A stretch of DNA of 64,000 nt, taken from the sequence record MW749006.1. One strand, given 5' to 3'. A model generated the notes under the pieces. It had not been told where the DNA came from. It did not search any database and saw only the letters and a list, made by a program, of their open reading frames with translations. The translations under genes and the position numbers were made by a program. This document shows, in pieces, positions 38,714 to 47,608 of this stretch. The stretch's first letter is position 1, and every line of letters begins with the position of its first letter.

Positions 38714-40519
38714 ATGCCTGTTGTTAGCGTAATCTTGGATGAAGTGGATAAGTCTATTCACACTAAGATAGAAGGTAAGATAATAAACGATATAGCTTCT
38801 AAGATCAAACTACCGGATGATATCCTTCTCATCAAACACGGTGGTAATGATTTAGTTATTACAGATGCTAAGGGTAACCGTTCTATAAACGAAGACCCTA
38901 ACACCCCTACAACGTCGTCTAAGAAGCGTATGCTTGTTACCGTGAGTAATGAGTACGAGGAAGACGATGTAGCCTCTGCTGCGATTCACCAACGTTCTGC
39001 GTATCCTATCTTTCTAGATAACGATATAGGTTTACAGATATACCCTATCTATGTTCGTAACGTTTTAAAGATTGAGTTCTCTTATATAACTAACTCTATG
39101 TCTGAAGCTAAACGTATTAGAGATTACATTCGATTAGGATTAACTCAAACTCGTAACGTTATAATGCATGATGTTGACTACACGGTCATCATTCCTAAAG
39201 TAGTCGAAGATTTGATAGCTGATGTGTATGATTTAAAGTCTAGATTACATCCGGAACCACTAGAGAACTACTTCAATCAACACGCAACTAAAAGAATGCA
39301 TCTCATTACTGATATGGCTAATGAGAATAACAAACGTTTGGCTATAGATGAGAAACAAACTCGTATCATAGGTAGATTTGAGTTCAACCCTATACCTGAG
39401 AAGGTAGAAGACGATATGGATACAAGTAACTATAAGTTATCTTTTAACTATGAAGTTACTATGGATATCCCTCGCGCTATTGTAATGCGTTACCCTGTTA
39501 TGATCTGTAACAATTTGATGCCGGATAAATACCTAGGTTGGATCTCCGATCATAAGCGTAATAGTTACATTGAAAAGAACAGACCTCATAACTACACTAG
39601 TATTCATAACTACAATCTCTCCATGTTAGAATCTCACCAAGAAGCTGAGAAGTACGCTGATCTCGAGTTACCTATAGTCATACCTGACTTTGATGATTTT
39701 GAACCTACGTACGGACATAAAGGTTATGCTCTTCTAACTAGTCTTCTGTCCACTGTAGATGAAGGAGATAAGCGTGGATTGTTTAACCTGAAAGATTTAG
39801 GTGATGACTACCATATCAGTAAAGAGATTATAGACTATCTAATTAACGTAGAATACAAGTACATAACGAAACCATATGCCTCTTTCCTATATATGGGGTT
39901 ATGGCAAGATGATAGATTCTACGATGCTAGTGTCTTGTCTATGGATAAAGATCTTAACATAGTAGCTACTCGTGATCTAGAGTTAACAAGACCAGTAAGA
40001 GTTACTCTTGGGTTGTGTGTTGATTTAGCTCACTTGAACGAAGGTGCTATTAAAAGGTTGTTAGAGTATCATTTCCTTAAACTAGAAGAATACAATAACA
40101 CTATACCTAAACCTGATTATCCTTTTAAGTCTATAATAGAAATAGTTATTAGTGAGTATATTAGCATTCAAAACGCGGTAAAGTATAACTTGAATGTTAA
40201 CAGTATTCCTGGTCGTATCACTACTGATATGTTAGTGGAGTTAATAAGAATTCTATTAATAAGAGGTGATATCGAAACAGCTACTAAATTACTAGACATC
40301 ATTAAGAATTCCCCTGGAGTTACTTATAATAGGGTAGTGATTCATTTACATGAATTTTATCCTAGTGTCTATATAGATTTAATTAAACAAGGTTTGTTAC
40401 CTAACATAGATCCTTCTAAAGTAAGTCACTCTGACATTAAACATGTTGGTGATAAGAACAAGAAGATTCCGTGGGGTTGGCCTTCATGGATTATCATTCC
40501 TATAAGTAACATTAATTAA
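38714..40519 (+). CDS. Putative virion structural protein
   Basis: ~601 aa from ATG 38714 (SD GGAGG); structural block. Confidence 0.6.
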   Translation: MPVVSVILDEVDKSIHTKIEGKIINDIASKIKLPDDILLIKHGGNDLVITDAKGNRSINEDPNTPTTSSKKRMLVTVSNEYEEDDVASAAIHQRSAYPIFLDNDIGLQIYPIYVRNVLKIEFSYITNSMSEAKRIRDYIRLGLTQTRNVIMHDVDYTVIIPKVVEDLIADVYDLKSRLHPEPLENYFNQHATKRMHLITDMANENNKRLAIDEKQTRIIGRFEFNPIPEKVEDDMDTSNYKLSFNYEVTMDIPRAIVMRYPVMICNNLMPDKYLGWISDHKRNSYIEKNRPHNYTSIHNYNLSMLESHQEAEKYADLELPIVIPDFDDFEPTYGHKGYALLTSLLSTVDEGDKRGLFNLKDLGDDYHISKEIIDYLINVEYKYITKPYASFLYMGLWQDDRFYDASVLSMDKDLNIVATRDLELTRPVRVTLGLCVDLAHLNEGAIKRLLEYHFLKLEEYNNTIPKPDYPFKSIIEIVISEYISIQNAVKYNLNVNSIPGRITTDMLVELIRILLIRGDIETATKLLDIIKNSPGVTYNRVVIHLHEFYPSVYIDLIKQGLLPNIDPSKVSHSDIKHVGDKNKKIPWGWPSWIIIPISNIN

Positions 40520-40525
40520 ACAGTA

Positions 40526-40556
40526 ACTCTCCTCCTGGTCACCCAAGGAGGAGAGT
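40526..40556 (+). terminator. Hairpin, related to 41997-42026
   Basis: actctcctcctgg-tcacc-caaggaggagagt. Confidence 0.55.
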
Positions 40557-40599
40557 CTTTAAGGGATGTTTTGATTAGAAACTTTAGAGGGTAGTCGCT

Positions 40600-41985
40600 A
40601 TGGCTATAGTAAGACGCAAACCAGATGTTGAATTACCAATTGAAACAACTATACCTACAGTGACGCCTAACTCACATCAGAGTAATTTCACTGATCTAGT
40701 TCCTGTATCTCGTATAGAATCTTTACTTAAGTACGTTGAAGGATATCCTTGGACAGTTGATTACTTTGGTATCATTAGAGCAGCTGGCAATACAATAGAA
40801 CACTTTGATCCGGGTACTCCTAACTTGATTCAGTCTTACTACAAGGTGAATCAGTTAATCATGCATGTTAGTTCACCACTTAGTTCTTCTTACGATCAGA
40901 ACACAGGTATAACAACTATCAACGGTACTTCACTGATGCCGTTTGGGGTTACTCCTAACGTAGGTGATTTATTCTTAGCTAACGTAGATACAGGTGAAGA
41001 TGCTTACTTCCATGTTACTTCAGTTAGTCGTAAACAATATACTAAGAACTCTCTATATGAGATTAACTATAACTTACACATCTATAACTCTGACGATGAG
41101 TCTTTTGGAGCTACTCTCAATGCTAGAGTAAATAGTGATTACTTCTTTAATAAAGACAGTGATCATTTCAACCGTGACTTACTAATCAAACCTTCTGTTA
41201 AAGAAGCTATGGATAGACTCAAAGTCTTTATGGTCGAGAGTCAGGACTATTACTTCAGAACCTTCCCACAGAACAGAACTGGTACTATCTTAATACCTGG
41301 TGTTAAGAACACTTTGTTTGATCCTCTGTTAGTTGAGTTCATTAGTAAGATAGTTTCCTATGATCGTTTAGGTAATAGTCGAGTCTATAGTCACGCTCAC
41401 AATGACAAGTATGTTAGTCAGACTTCTATATGGGATATGTTAGTTACTCGAAGTTTAAGTATGTTACCAGTTACTCATAAGAAACACCATTTCATTAGAA
41501 CTGGTTTACTTAAGAGTAGTGCTCGTTTAGGCACTGTAGTTCATACTGGTGTTGAGTATATATTATATCCTGTTGATCCGGATGTGGGAACTAATGTAGG
41601 TAGAGATAGAGATCCTATTCTAGACCCTTCAGAAGCTCCTGTAGCGCTCTCTGACACTAATTACTTTATAGATGACAGTCATGTGTTAGAAACTACTAAC
41701 AACGACGCAGTGTACGCTAAGAGACTTCTACATCCACTCTTTGAAAACGACTACTATGTGGTTAGTGAAGGATTCTATAAGTACTTAGAAGATAAGTCAG
41801 AGTTTGATTCAGTTAGTTTCGTTGAGTTGTTAATGTATAAGTTCTTGAAAGGTGAAGCTATAGCTAGAGAGGATCTTGCTTTAGCTATACAGAACTATCC
41901 TAGTTGGTCTTTACTTCATCAGTTGTACTTACTACCAGTGATGTGGTTACTAACTAAGACTCAGTTAAACAGTATGAGATTGTAA
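40600..41985 (+). CDS. Putative virion structural protein (neck/head-tail region)
   Basis: 461 aa; YVEGYPWTVDYF and PNVGDLF motifs typical of phiKZ-like virion proteins (recollection). Confidence 0.5.
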   Translation: MAIVRRKPDVELPIETTIPTVTPNSHQSNFTDLVPVSRIESLLKYVEGYPWTVDYFGIIRAAGNTIEHFDPGTPNLIQSYYKVNQLIMHVSSPLSSSYDQNTGITTINGTSLMPFGVTPNVGDLFLANVDTGEDAYFHVTSVSRKQYTKNSLYEINYNLHIYNSDDESFGATLNARVNSDYFFNKDSDHFNRDLLIKPSVKEAMDRLKVFMVESQDYYFRTFPQNRTGTILIPGVKNTLFDPLLVEFISKIVSYDRLGNSRVYSHAHNDKYVSQTSIWDMLVTRSLSMLPVTHKKHHFIRTGLLKSSARLGTVVHTGVEYILYPVDPDVGTNVGRDRDPILDPSEAPVALSDTNYFIDDSHVLETTNNDAVYAKRLLHPLFENDYYVVSEGFYKYLEDKSEFDSVSFVELLMYKFLKGEAIAREDLALAIQNYPSWSLLHQLYLLPVMWLLTKTQLNSMRL

Positions 41986-41996
41986 ACATGTTGTAA

Positions 41997-42026
41997 CTCT
42001 CCTCCTGGATCAAACCGGGAGGAGAG
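41997..42026 (+). terminator. Hairpin, related to 40526-40556
   Basis: ctctcctcctgg-atcaaa-ccgggaggagag. Confidence 0.55.
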
Positions 42027-42083
42027 GTATGTTTATTCAACTTAAGTGAAATCTCTTGATAGGATACATCACAGGAGGCTTCT

Positions 42084-42629
42084 ATGTCATTTTCCAGTCA
42101 GTACGCTGATAGAATCTGGAACAAACTATACAAAGTAAAAATACCAGATCAAGCAAGTCTATCTCCGGAGTACATTAGAAGGTATGGTGTCTATACTTCT
42201 AATATTCCTGAAATAAAGCAAATGATGGAAACTAACTTCATTGACGTTATGATTCCAACTAGTAAAGTGTTAGAATACTATATGGATGGTTTAGAGATAC
42301 AGATTCCGTGTAGAGAAGATATGATCACTATGCATAAAGATATTGAGTTGTATCTTGCAGAGTGGAGATATCACTTAAAGATGGAGATAAACGTTTCTAC
42401 TGATAAAAGTAAAGACTTATTACTTGCATTAGAGAGATTGTCTAAGTACATCTACGAGAAAGCTAAACCAAGAGAAGTAATTGATAACTTGTTCGTTAAG
42501 AAACAGTTTGGACTAATGAGTCCGATACAAGCGAGTATTGATGAGCGTAAGGAAGTTAGCAAACCTGACTACCACGGTATCAGTGACTTGGTGAGAAGTA
42601 AGAGAAGTAAACCAGTAAGTAGATTCTAA
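42084..42629 (+). CDS. Conserved hypothetical protein
   Basis: 181 aa, SD AGGAGG. Confidence 0.7.
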   Translation: MSFSSQYADRIWNKLYKVKIPDQASLSPEYIRRYGVYTSNIPEIKQMMETNFIDVMIPTSKVLEYYMDGLEIQIPCREDMITMHKDIELYLAEWRYHLKMEINVSTDKSKDLLLALERLSKYIYEKAKPREVIDNLFVKKQFGLMSPIQASIDERKEVSKPDYHGISDLVRSKRSKPVSRF

Positions 42630-42632
42630 AAG

Positions 42633-42664
42633 AGAACCTCTAGGATTGAGTTCCTGGAGGTTCT
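42633..42664 (+). terminator. Terminator hairpin
   Basis: agaacctctagga-ttgagt-tcctggaggttct. Confidence 0.6.
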
Positions 42665-42684
42665 TGTATTGGGTTGTACTTTAC

Positions 42685-42708
42685 TTACATATATAACACT
42701 TAGAGACT
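42685..42708 (+). promoter_or_regulatory. Candidate phage RNAP promoter
   Basis: TTACATATATAAcactTAGAGACT. Confidence 0.55.
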
Positions 42709-42752
42709 ATTCAGAATACATCTGATAGTCAATTACCAACTGAGGAAATATC

Positions 42753-43151
42753 ATGCAAACTATTGATAAAGAACCGATGGAAATGTTAAAAGCTATCTTT
42801 GAATCTACAGACGGACAAATCATTCCGATGGATGAATGGGATAACGGAACAGGTTATCTTGATAATGCTGTTAAAGGAGATTATGCGCCTATACTTAAAG
42901 TAGGACAATCGTGTAGTTCAGTGGTGTCCTTAGGACGTTTAGCTGTAATGGTTGGAACTGTATATGGTAACATCGTAGTGTTCCAACGTTACCCTGGAGA
43001 TGTTAGACCTTATGTAGTGTCCAACGTACCCAGTGAGTTAAAAGGAACTTTCACTAATCCTTTAACCGGAGATAGTTTAGAGTTACTATCTAAAATCATC
43101 TTAGATAAGACTGGTCTTATTGTAGAGAAGTTAGCAGGAGTACACGTATAA
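42753..43151 (+). CDS. Hypothetical accessory protein
   Basis: 132 aa, SD GAGG. Confidence 0.7.
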   Translation: MQTIDKEPMEMLKAIFESTDGQIIPMDEWDNGTGYLDNAVKGDYAPILKVGQSCSSVVSLGRLAVMVGTVYGNIVVFQRYPGDVRPYVVSNVPSELKGTFTNPLTGDSLELLSKIILDKTGLIVEKLAGVHV

Positions 43152-43366
43152 TGTCTGATACATATTTAAAGTGTGACGATTGTGGTAAAACTAAACACAC
43201 TTCTGTTTGGTATCCACATAACCACAGTACAGCTACTGAAGACTTTTCAGTGAACATCTGTATGGAATGTGAGAACGAACCAACTCACCGTGGTCGTGTT
43301 ATCTGGGATCGAGAAGACGCCGATAGCGAAGAACAGTGTCGTCAACACGACCGAGAACTAGACTAA
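43151..43366 (+). CDS. Small Zn-ribbon protein
   Basis: CDDC...CMEC. Confidence 0.6.
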   Translation: MSDTYLKCDDCGKTKHTSVWYPHNHSTATEDFSVNICMECENEPTHRGRVIWDREDADSEEQCRQHDRELD

Positions 43367-43401
43367 TAAAAATACTACCCCTACTACAGAGTAAAAAATC
43401 T

Positions 43402-43803
43402 ATGACTAATATAACTTACGGTAATACCTCTAATCTTTCTACGTATGAATTAGAGTGTGCTGACCATTGTGAACACGTAGAGGAAGATCAATCCTTAGGT
43501 GTGAAGTACAGTATGGAATCTGATTCCTTTGGTCCTGTTGGTGTCTACATTCAATGTGAAGAATGTTTCGAACGCACTAAAGAACAAGACAGACATAACA
43601 CTTGTTATGATTGTGGTGAGGATAAGAAGACTACTCAGTGGAAGTGGTATGATTTCTATGCAGCTCAAGGCGATGAAGCTCTAGAAATATGTGATGATTG
43701 TTGGTCTGAACCTAAACACACTCAACGTAGACAGAAAGATTCCTACGATGAAGATCAAGAAAACAATTATCAAGCTGAACAAGACGACGAGTTTGACGAT
43801 TAA
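43402..43803 (+). CDS. Cys-rich multi-Zn-finger protein with acidic tail
   Basis: CADHC, CEEC, CYDC, CDDC; ATG 43402. Confidence 0.6.
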   Translation: MTNITYGNTSNLSTYELECADHCEHVEEDQSLGVKYSMESDSFGPVGVYIQCEECFERTKEQDRHNTCYDCGEDKKTTQWKWYDFYAAQGDEALEICDDCWSEPKHTQRRQKDSYDEDQENNYQAEQDDEFDD

Positions 43804-43851
43804 CTAATTACCCGGAACACATAGTTCCGGGTTTCTTAAGGAGTAACACCA

Positions 43852-44061
43852 ATGCCATTCCAAGTAATAGAACAAGGTAACTTAGAGAATTCAGATGTAT
43901 ATCTTTTCTTTAAGGATAGCAACGAACCCTCTCACACTTACTTAGTAACTTCAATTAGTGGAGAAATTACTCTAACCGGGTTTGATGAAACAGGTCATGT
44001 TGACTGTGATTTAGAAGAAGAACACATCGAACTTCTAGAGAGCCACTTTGATGGACTATAG
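43852..44061 (+). CDS. Hypothetical protein
   Basis: 69 aa, SD AGGAG. Confidence 0.65.
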   Translation: MPFQVIEQGNLENSDVYLFFKDSNEPSHTYLVTSISGEITLTGFDETGHVDCDLEEEHIELLESHFDGL

Positions 44062-44069
44062 GTACTATC

Positions 44070-44348
44070 ATGACCTTCTATTCCAAGAAAGATGTTTATG
44101 TTGTTAGTGTTAACAATGTAAATAGTTGGACTTATTTGATGTATCAGGAAAGCACTGGTCTACTTTTCTACGCTATCTTAGTATACGGTAAAGGTGTTAG
44201 AGTTCATCCTTATAAACCAGTAGGTGGTAACCTAACCATGATAGTTACTGAGAAAGTATCTAACGAAACTTACAACAAGGTTTTAGAGGCTATACCTTTT
44301 GCTATCTTGAAACTAAATAAACTGAACATAGAGACTCTGTACAGATAA
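44070..44348 (+). CDS. Hypothetical protein
   Basis: 92 aa ORF in the same run. Confidence 0.6.
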   Translation: MTFYSKKDVYVVSVNNVNSWTYLMYQESTGLLFYAILVYGKGVRVHPYKPVGGNLTMIVTEKVSNETYNKVLEAIPFAILKLNKLNIETLYR

Positions 44349-45012
44349 ATGTAATACCTAAAAGGGAGAGCTAACTACTCTCCTTCCTTTTTTTCTTCCA
44401 TTCCAATACTACATTGTTTTTTAATATGGCTACAATCTTTTGAAAAACGTTGTTCTTGATCTTAACTACTCTTAACACTGTGGTTACTAGTAGAGTTTGC
44501 GAAGCATAGAAACTCTACGATTGTATATGCCCTAGGGAATACCCCCCAAAGCGATATTATAATACTCTCTTTTTCCTTCTATAGACTTAATTGTCTATAG
44601 TTGGATATATTACGTTAACTTTCTTAAAGAGAATATAAGACACTTAGAACTAAAAGAATACACAACTCTCATAACTCTATAGTTTACTACGTATAAAAGA
44701 ATGTTTACAGCTAACAGAGTTTATATTAATTCAAAGTAAAGACTGAAAGAAAGAAGATACACTTAAACTAATATACCGATAGGTAAGTAAGCTCTTAAGC
44801 TTATTTGGTAACCAGCGATTTGGTTGCGTGGCGCGGTGCTTAATAGTTCTCTTAAATATCATTCAGGAATACGTCTATAACTCCCTACAATGCGTTTAGA
44901 GAAGAGTTTAGTATATCACACATACAAAGTTCCATCTAAAAGAAATAAACCTCTTAGAACGTATTACGGTAAAGAACAAGAGAAGAGACCGAAGTCCCTT
45001 CCCTTAGTCTAT

Positions 45013-45579
45013 TTAGTCGTTACCATAACCATCGAAAGGATTACAAGTTGAAACGAATTGAAAGAAACCTTGCTCTTCAGCATTACGACTCTTAACCTTC
45101 CAACCCCAACGAATCCTTAAGTTACGTTTCTTACTCCATGGTTTAACCATATAGAAACCAAACGCAACTAAGTTACCTTTCTTATCCCAAGCTTTAGTCA
45201 TTAATGTACCAGGGATTTTATACTTATCACTGATATCCGAATTACCTTCTTGAGTGATAGTGTAACTAGCATCCCATGCTATCCCTAAGTAACGAGCTAA
45301 GTTGTAAAGTGGATTACGTATCATCCACATCACACGGTTGATATATCCTTTAATTCCTTCTAACTCATTAGGGAATAAACAACGTTTCTTAACATACCCT
45401 TCATCACCTTGTGGTGGGTTATCAAACGTTCCATAGATACCACCCCAACGATAACGAACTTTATCGTGGACGTCTGGTTTAGTGTTTATGGAGATAATGA
45501 TAGCTGCGAAAGGAACAGTTATTAGAAGTAGAATTTTAATAATAAATGAGAGTGTATGACGAGCAATTAGTTTGAACAT
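45013..45579 (-). CDS. Membrane-anchored hypothetical protein
   Basis: N-terminal TM helix; WMIRNPLYN motif; SD AGGAG. Confidence 0.65.
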   Translation of the reverse strand: MFKLIARHTLSFIIKILLLITVPFAAIIISINTKPDVHDKVRYRWGGIYGTFDNPPQGDEGYVKKRCLFPNELEGIKGYINRVMWMIRNPLYNLARYLGIAWDASYTITQEGNSDISDKYKIPGTLMTKAWDKKGNLVAFGFYMVKPWSKKRNLRIRWGWKVKSRNAEEQGFFQFVSTCNPFDGYGND

Positions 45580-45700
45580 ATAGAACTCCTTTAGTTCAGT
45601 TATAGAGTATACTCACCGCATAACCAAACTACCACCACCCTTAGTTAAATAAAACTAAAAGAGACATGGAATGGATGACCTACCGTGGATTAACTTAGAG

Positions 45701-45715
45701 TTACATATATAGAAT
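45701..45715 (+). promoter_or_regulatory. Candidate phage RNAP promoter
   Basis: TTACATATATAgaat upstream of the + strand accessory run. Confidence 0.5.
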
Positions 45716-45764
45716 CTATGATTGGGTAATCAAATTAAGGGGTCTATTTTTAGGAGTTTAAGTA

Positions 45765-46088
45765 ATGGCTACAAAGTTTGAGTTTTTAAAGATGTTAGCT
45801 CCTTTCAAAGACAATCAAGTAGTTATCTGTATGGATAGTTCTGGTAGTTGGGATAACATCATTGAAGTAGTTAAAGACGGTGGACAGATAGCCATACGGT
45901 TTGGTTCTAGTTCTAGACGTTTCTCTAAGTTAGACCTCATTAAAAGTTTAGAACCTTTCCACGAAGACTCTTGTGTTATCTGTAAACGAGAGAACGATGG
46001 TTGGGATAACGTAGAGGAACTAGGTGAGATTGACGGTATGACTGTTATTCATTTTGGAGGAGGTTCTCCTTTTAGTTCAGAAAGGTAA
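45765..46088 (+). CDS. Hypothetical protein made of two ~50-aa repeats
   Basis: KFEFLKMLAPF..NQVVIC..SGSWDNIIEV..GGQIAIRFG versus KLDLIKSLEPF..SCVIC..NDGWDNVEEL..DGMTVIHFG. Confidence 0.7.
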   Translation: MATKFEFLKMLAPFKDNQVVICMDSSGSWDNIIEVVKDGGQIAIRFGSSSRRFSKLDLIKSLEPFHEDSCVICKRENDGWDNVEELGEIDGMTVIHFGGGSPFSSER

Positions 46089-46093
46089 TTAGT

Positions 46094-46807
46094 ATGTCTA
46101 ATGTAATAGTAGGAAAGAAGTGGGATAAGGGAGCAATCTACATTGGTAGAGGATCTGTCTTAGGTAATCCTTTTGCTATGAAAGATATGTCCGATGAAAC
46201 TCGTGATGAAGTTTGCGATCAATACGAAGATTACTTCTACGAACAGATTGAGAACGATCCTAAGTTTCTAGCTACGGTAGAGAGTTTAATACTGAAAGCA
46301 GAAAAGGGTAAAGTTATACTAGGTTGTTACTGCGCACCTAAACGTTGTCACGGTGATACTATCAAAGATTACATTGATGGACACTTACAGGAAATACCTG
46401 TAAACATCTATATGGGAACGAATGAGAATCCTAACCTAAGTAATCTAGCTCCTAGAAAGTTTAAAGATAAAACTAGTAAGTTGGTTTTCTTTTCAGTTGA
46501 ACATGCTTACCAGTCTTTAAAGAGTGGTTCTTTAGACCAAGAGACTTATGACAAATATCAGGAAGGGAAGAGTTATAAGATCCCTGGTACTTTAGGAACA
46601 CTAACTAACAGTGGTTGGAACCTTAAGTTGATGGAAAGTCTTATCATGCAGTCCTTTGAACAGAACAAAGAAGCTAGAGAAGAATTACTAGCTACAGGTA
46701 CCAGAGAGTTAACGCATACTCAAGAGAAAGGTATATGGAAAAAAGAATTTCCACGTATTCTTATGGAAGTAAGAGATAAACTTAGTTTACGAAATATGAG
46801 TCTATAG
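46094..46807 (+). CDS. DUF4326 - NADAR-like fusion protein
   Basis: N-terminal YIGRGSVLGNPF...LGCYCAPKRCHGD (DUF4326); C-terminal FSVEHAYQSLK...FEQN...LLATG...ILMEVRD (NADAR/YbiA-like). Confidence 0.65.
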   Translation: MSNVIVGKKWDKGAIYIGRGSVLGNPFAMKDMSDETRDEVCDQYEDYFYEQIENDPKFLATVESLILKAEKGKVILGCYCAPKRCHGDTIKDYIDGHLQEIPVNIYMGTNENPNLSNLAPRKFKDKTSKLVFFSVEHAYQSLKSGSLDQETYDKYQEGKSYKIPGTLGTLTNSGWNLKLMESLIMQSFEQNKEAREELLATGTRELTHTQEKGIWKKEFPRILMEVRDKLSLRNMSL

Positions 46808-46868
46808 TTCAATAGTAGAACACCATGCTTTTAACTTGGAGATAGAGGTTCAAATCCTCTTAGACTTA
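46798..46868 (+). tRNA. trnK: tRNA-Lys(UUU), atypical
   Basis: GAGTCTA/TAGACTT acceptor, GTTC/GAAC D-stem, CCATG-CT TTT AA-CTTGG anticodon arm (U-U mismatch), AGAGG-TTCAAAT-CCTCT T-arm; no encoded CCA. Confidence 0.65.
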
Positions 46869-46888
46869 CCTTACACATACATTAATAA

Positions 46889-46964
46889 GCGCCCTTAACT
46901 CAGCGGATAGAGTACCTTCCTTCTAAGAAGGTGGTCGCAGGTTCGAATCCTGCAGGGCGCACCA
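46889..46964 (+). tRNA. trnR: tRNA-Arg(UCU)
   Basis: Canonical cloverleaf: GCGCCCT/AGGGCGC, ACTC/GAGT, CCTTC-CT TCT AA-GAAGG, GCAGG-TTCGAAT-CCTGC, ending ACCA. Confidence 0.95.
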
Positions 46965-46982
46965 TACATTATAGAGGTCTTT

Positions 46983-47594
46983 ATGACACAAGAAGAAGTT
47001 TACTTTGATATAGTAAAACGATACGAGCAAACTTCCGAAGAAGAGCTCTTAAAAGAATTAACACGAGTAGCTAACCATATTAAAGAATACAGAAACATGT
47101 TCTCTAAAGTAATAGCTAGTAAGTTATCTATGCACCTGCTAGCTACCTTGAGTCCGTTGTTAGATGACAGTCAACGAGATGATTTGGTTCGAGACCAGAC
47201 AGCGCTTAAATACTTACTCTACACTGAACTAGTAGTTAGAGTGGCTATGGGTGCAGAAGACTATGTTACTCTGTCTCCTGTAGGTAGAATGGTTTGTATT
47301 CTTATGTCACAAAGAACTACACGAGTTACAGATAGAAACACTAGACTAAGAAGGATGTTAGAGTTAGTTAATTTAAATTCATTCAGTGATTATATGGAAG
47401 AACAATACAATGAAAGCGTGCTTGAATTAAACTATGATGTACCAACGGAACATGTAGTCCTTAAGAAGATAACTAGTAATGGAAGTATTAAAGTAAATAG
47501 ATTGGACTTAGATCCTAACAAACTACTTGACTTCCACACAGTTAAAATGTTTAAAGACATAGAGACATTCCTTAAACTCGAGTCCTCCAGGTAG
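46983..47594 (+). CDS. Hypothetical helical protein
   Basis: 203 aa, SD GAGG. Confidence 0.7.
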   Translation: MTQEEVYFDIVKRYEQTSEEELLKELTRVANHIKEYRNMFSKVIASKLSMHLLATLSPLLDDSQRDDLVRDQTALKYLLYTELVVRVAMGAEDYVTLSPVGRMVCILMSQRTTRVTDRNTRLRRMLELVNLNSFSDYMEEQYNESVLELNYDVPTEHVVLKKITSNGSIKVNRLDLDPNKLLDFHTVKMFKDIETFLKLESSR

Positions 47595-47608
47595 AGTTTT
47601 AGGAGTTA

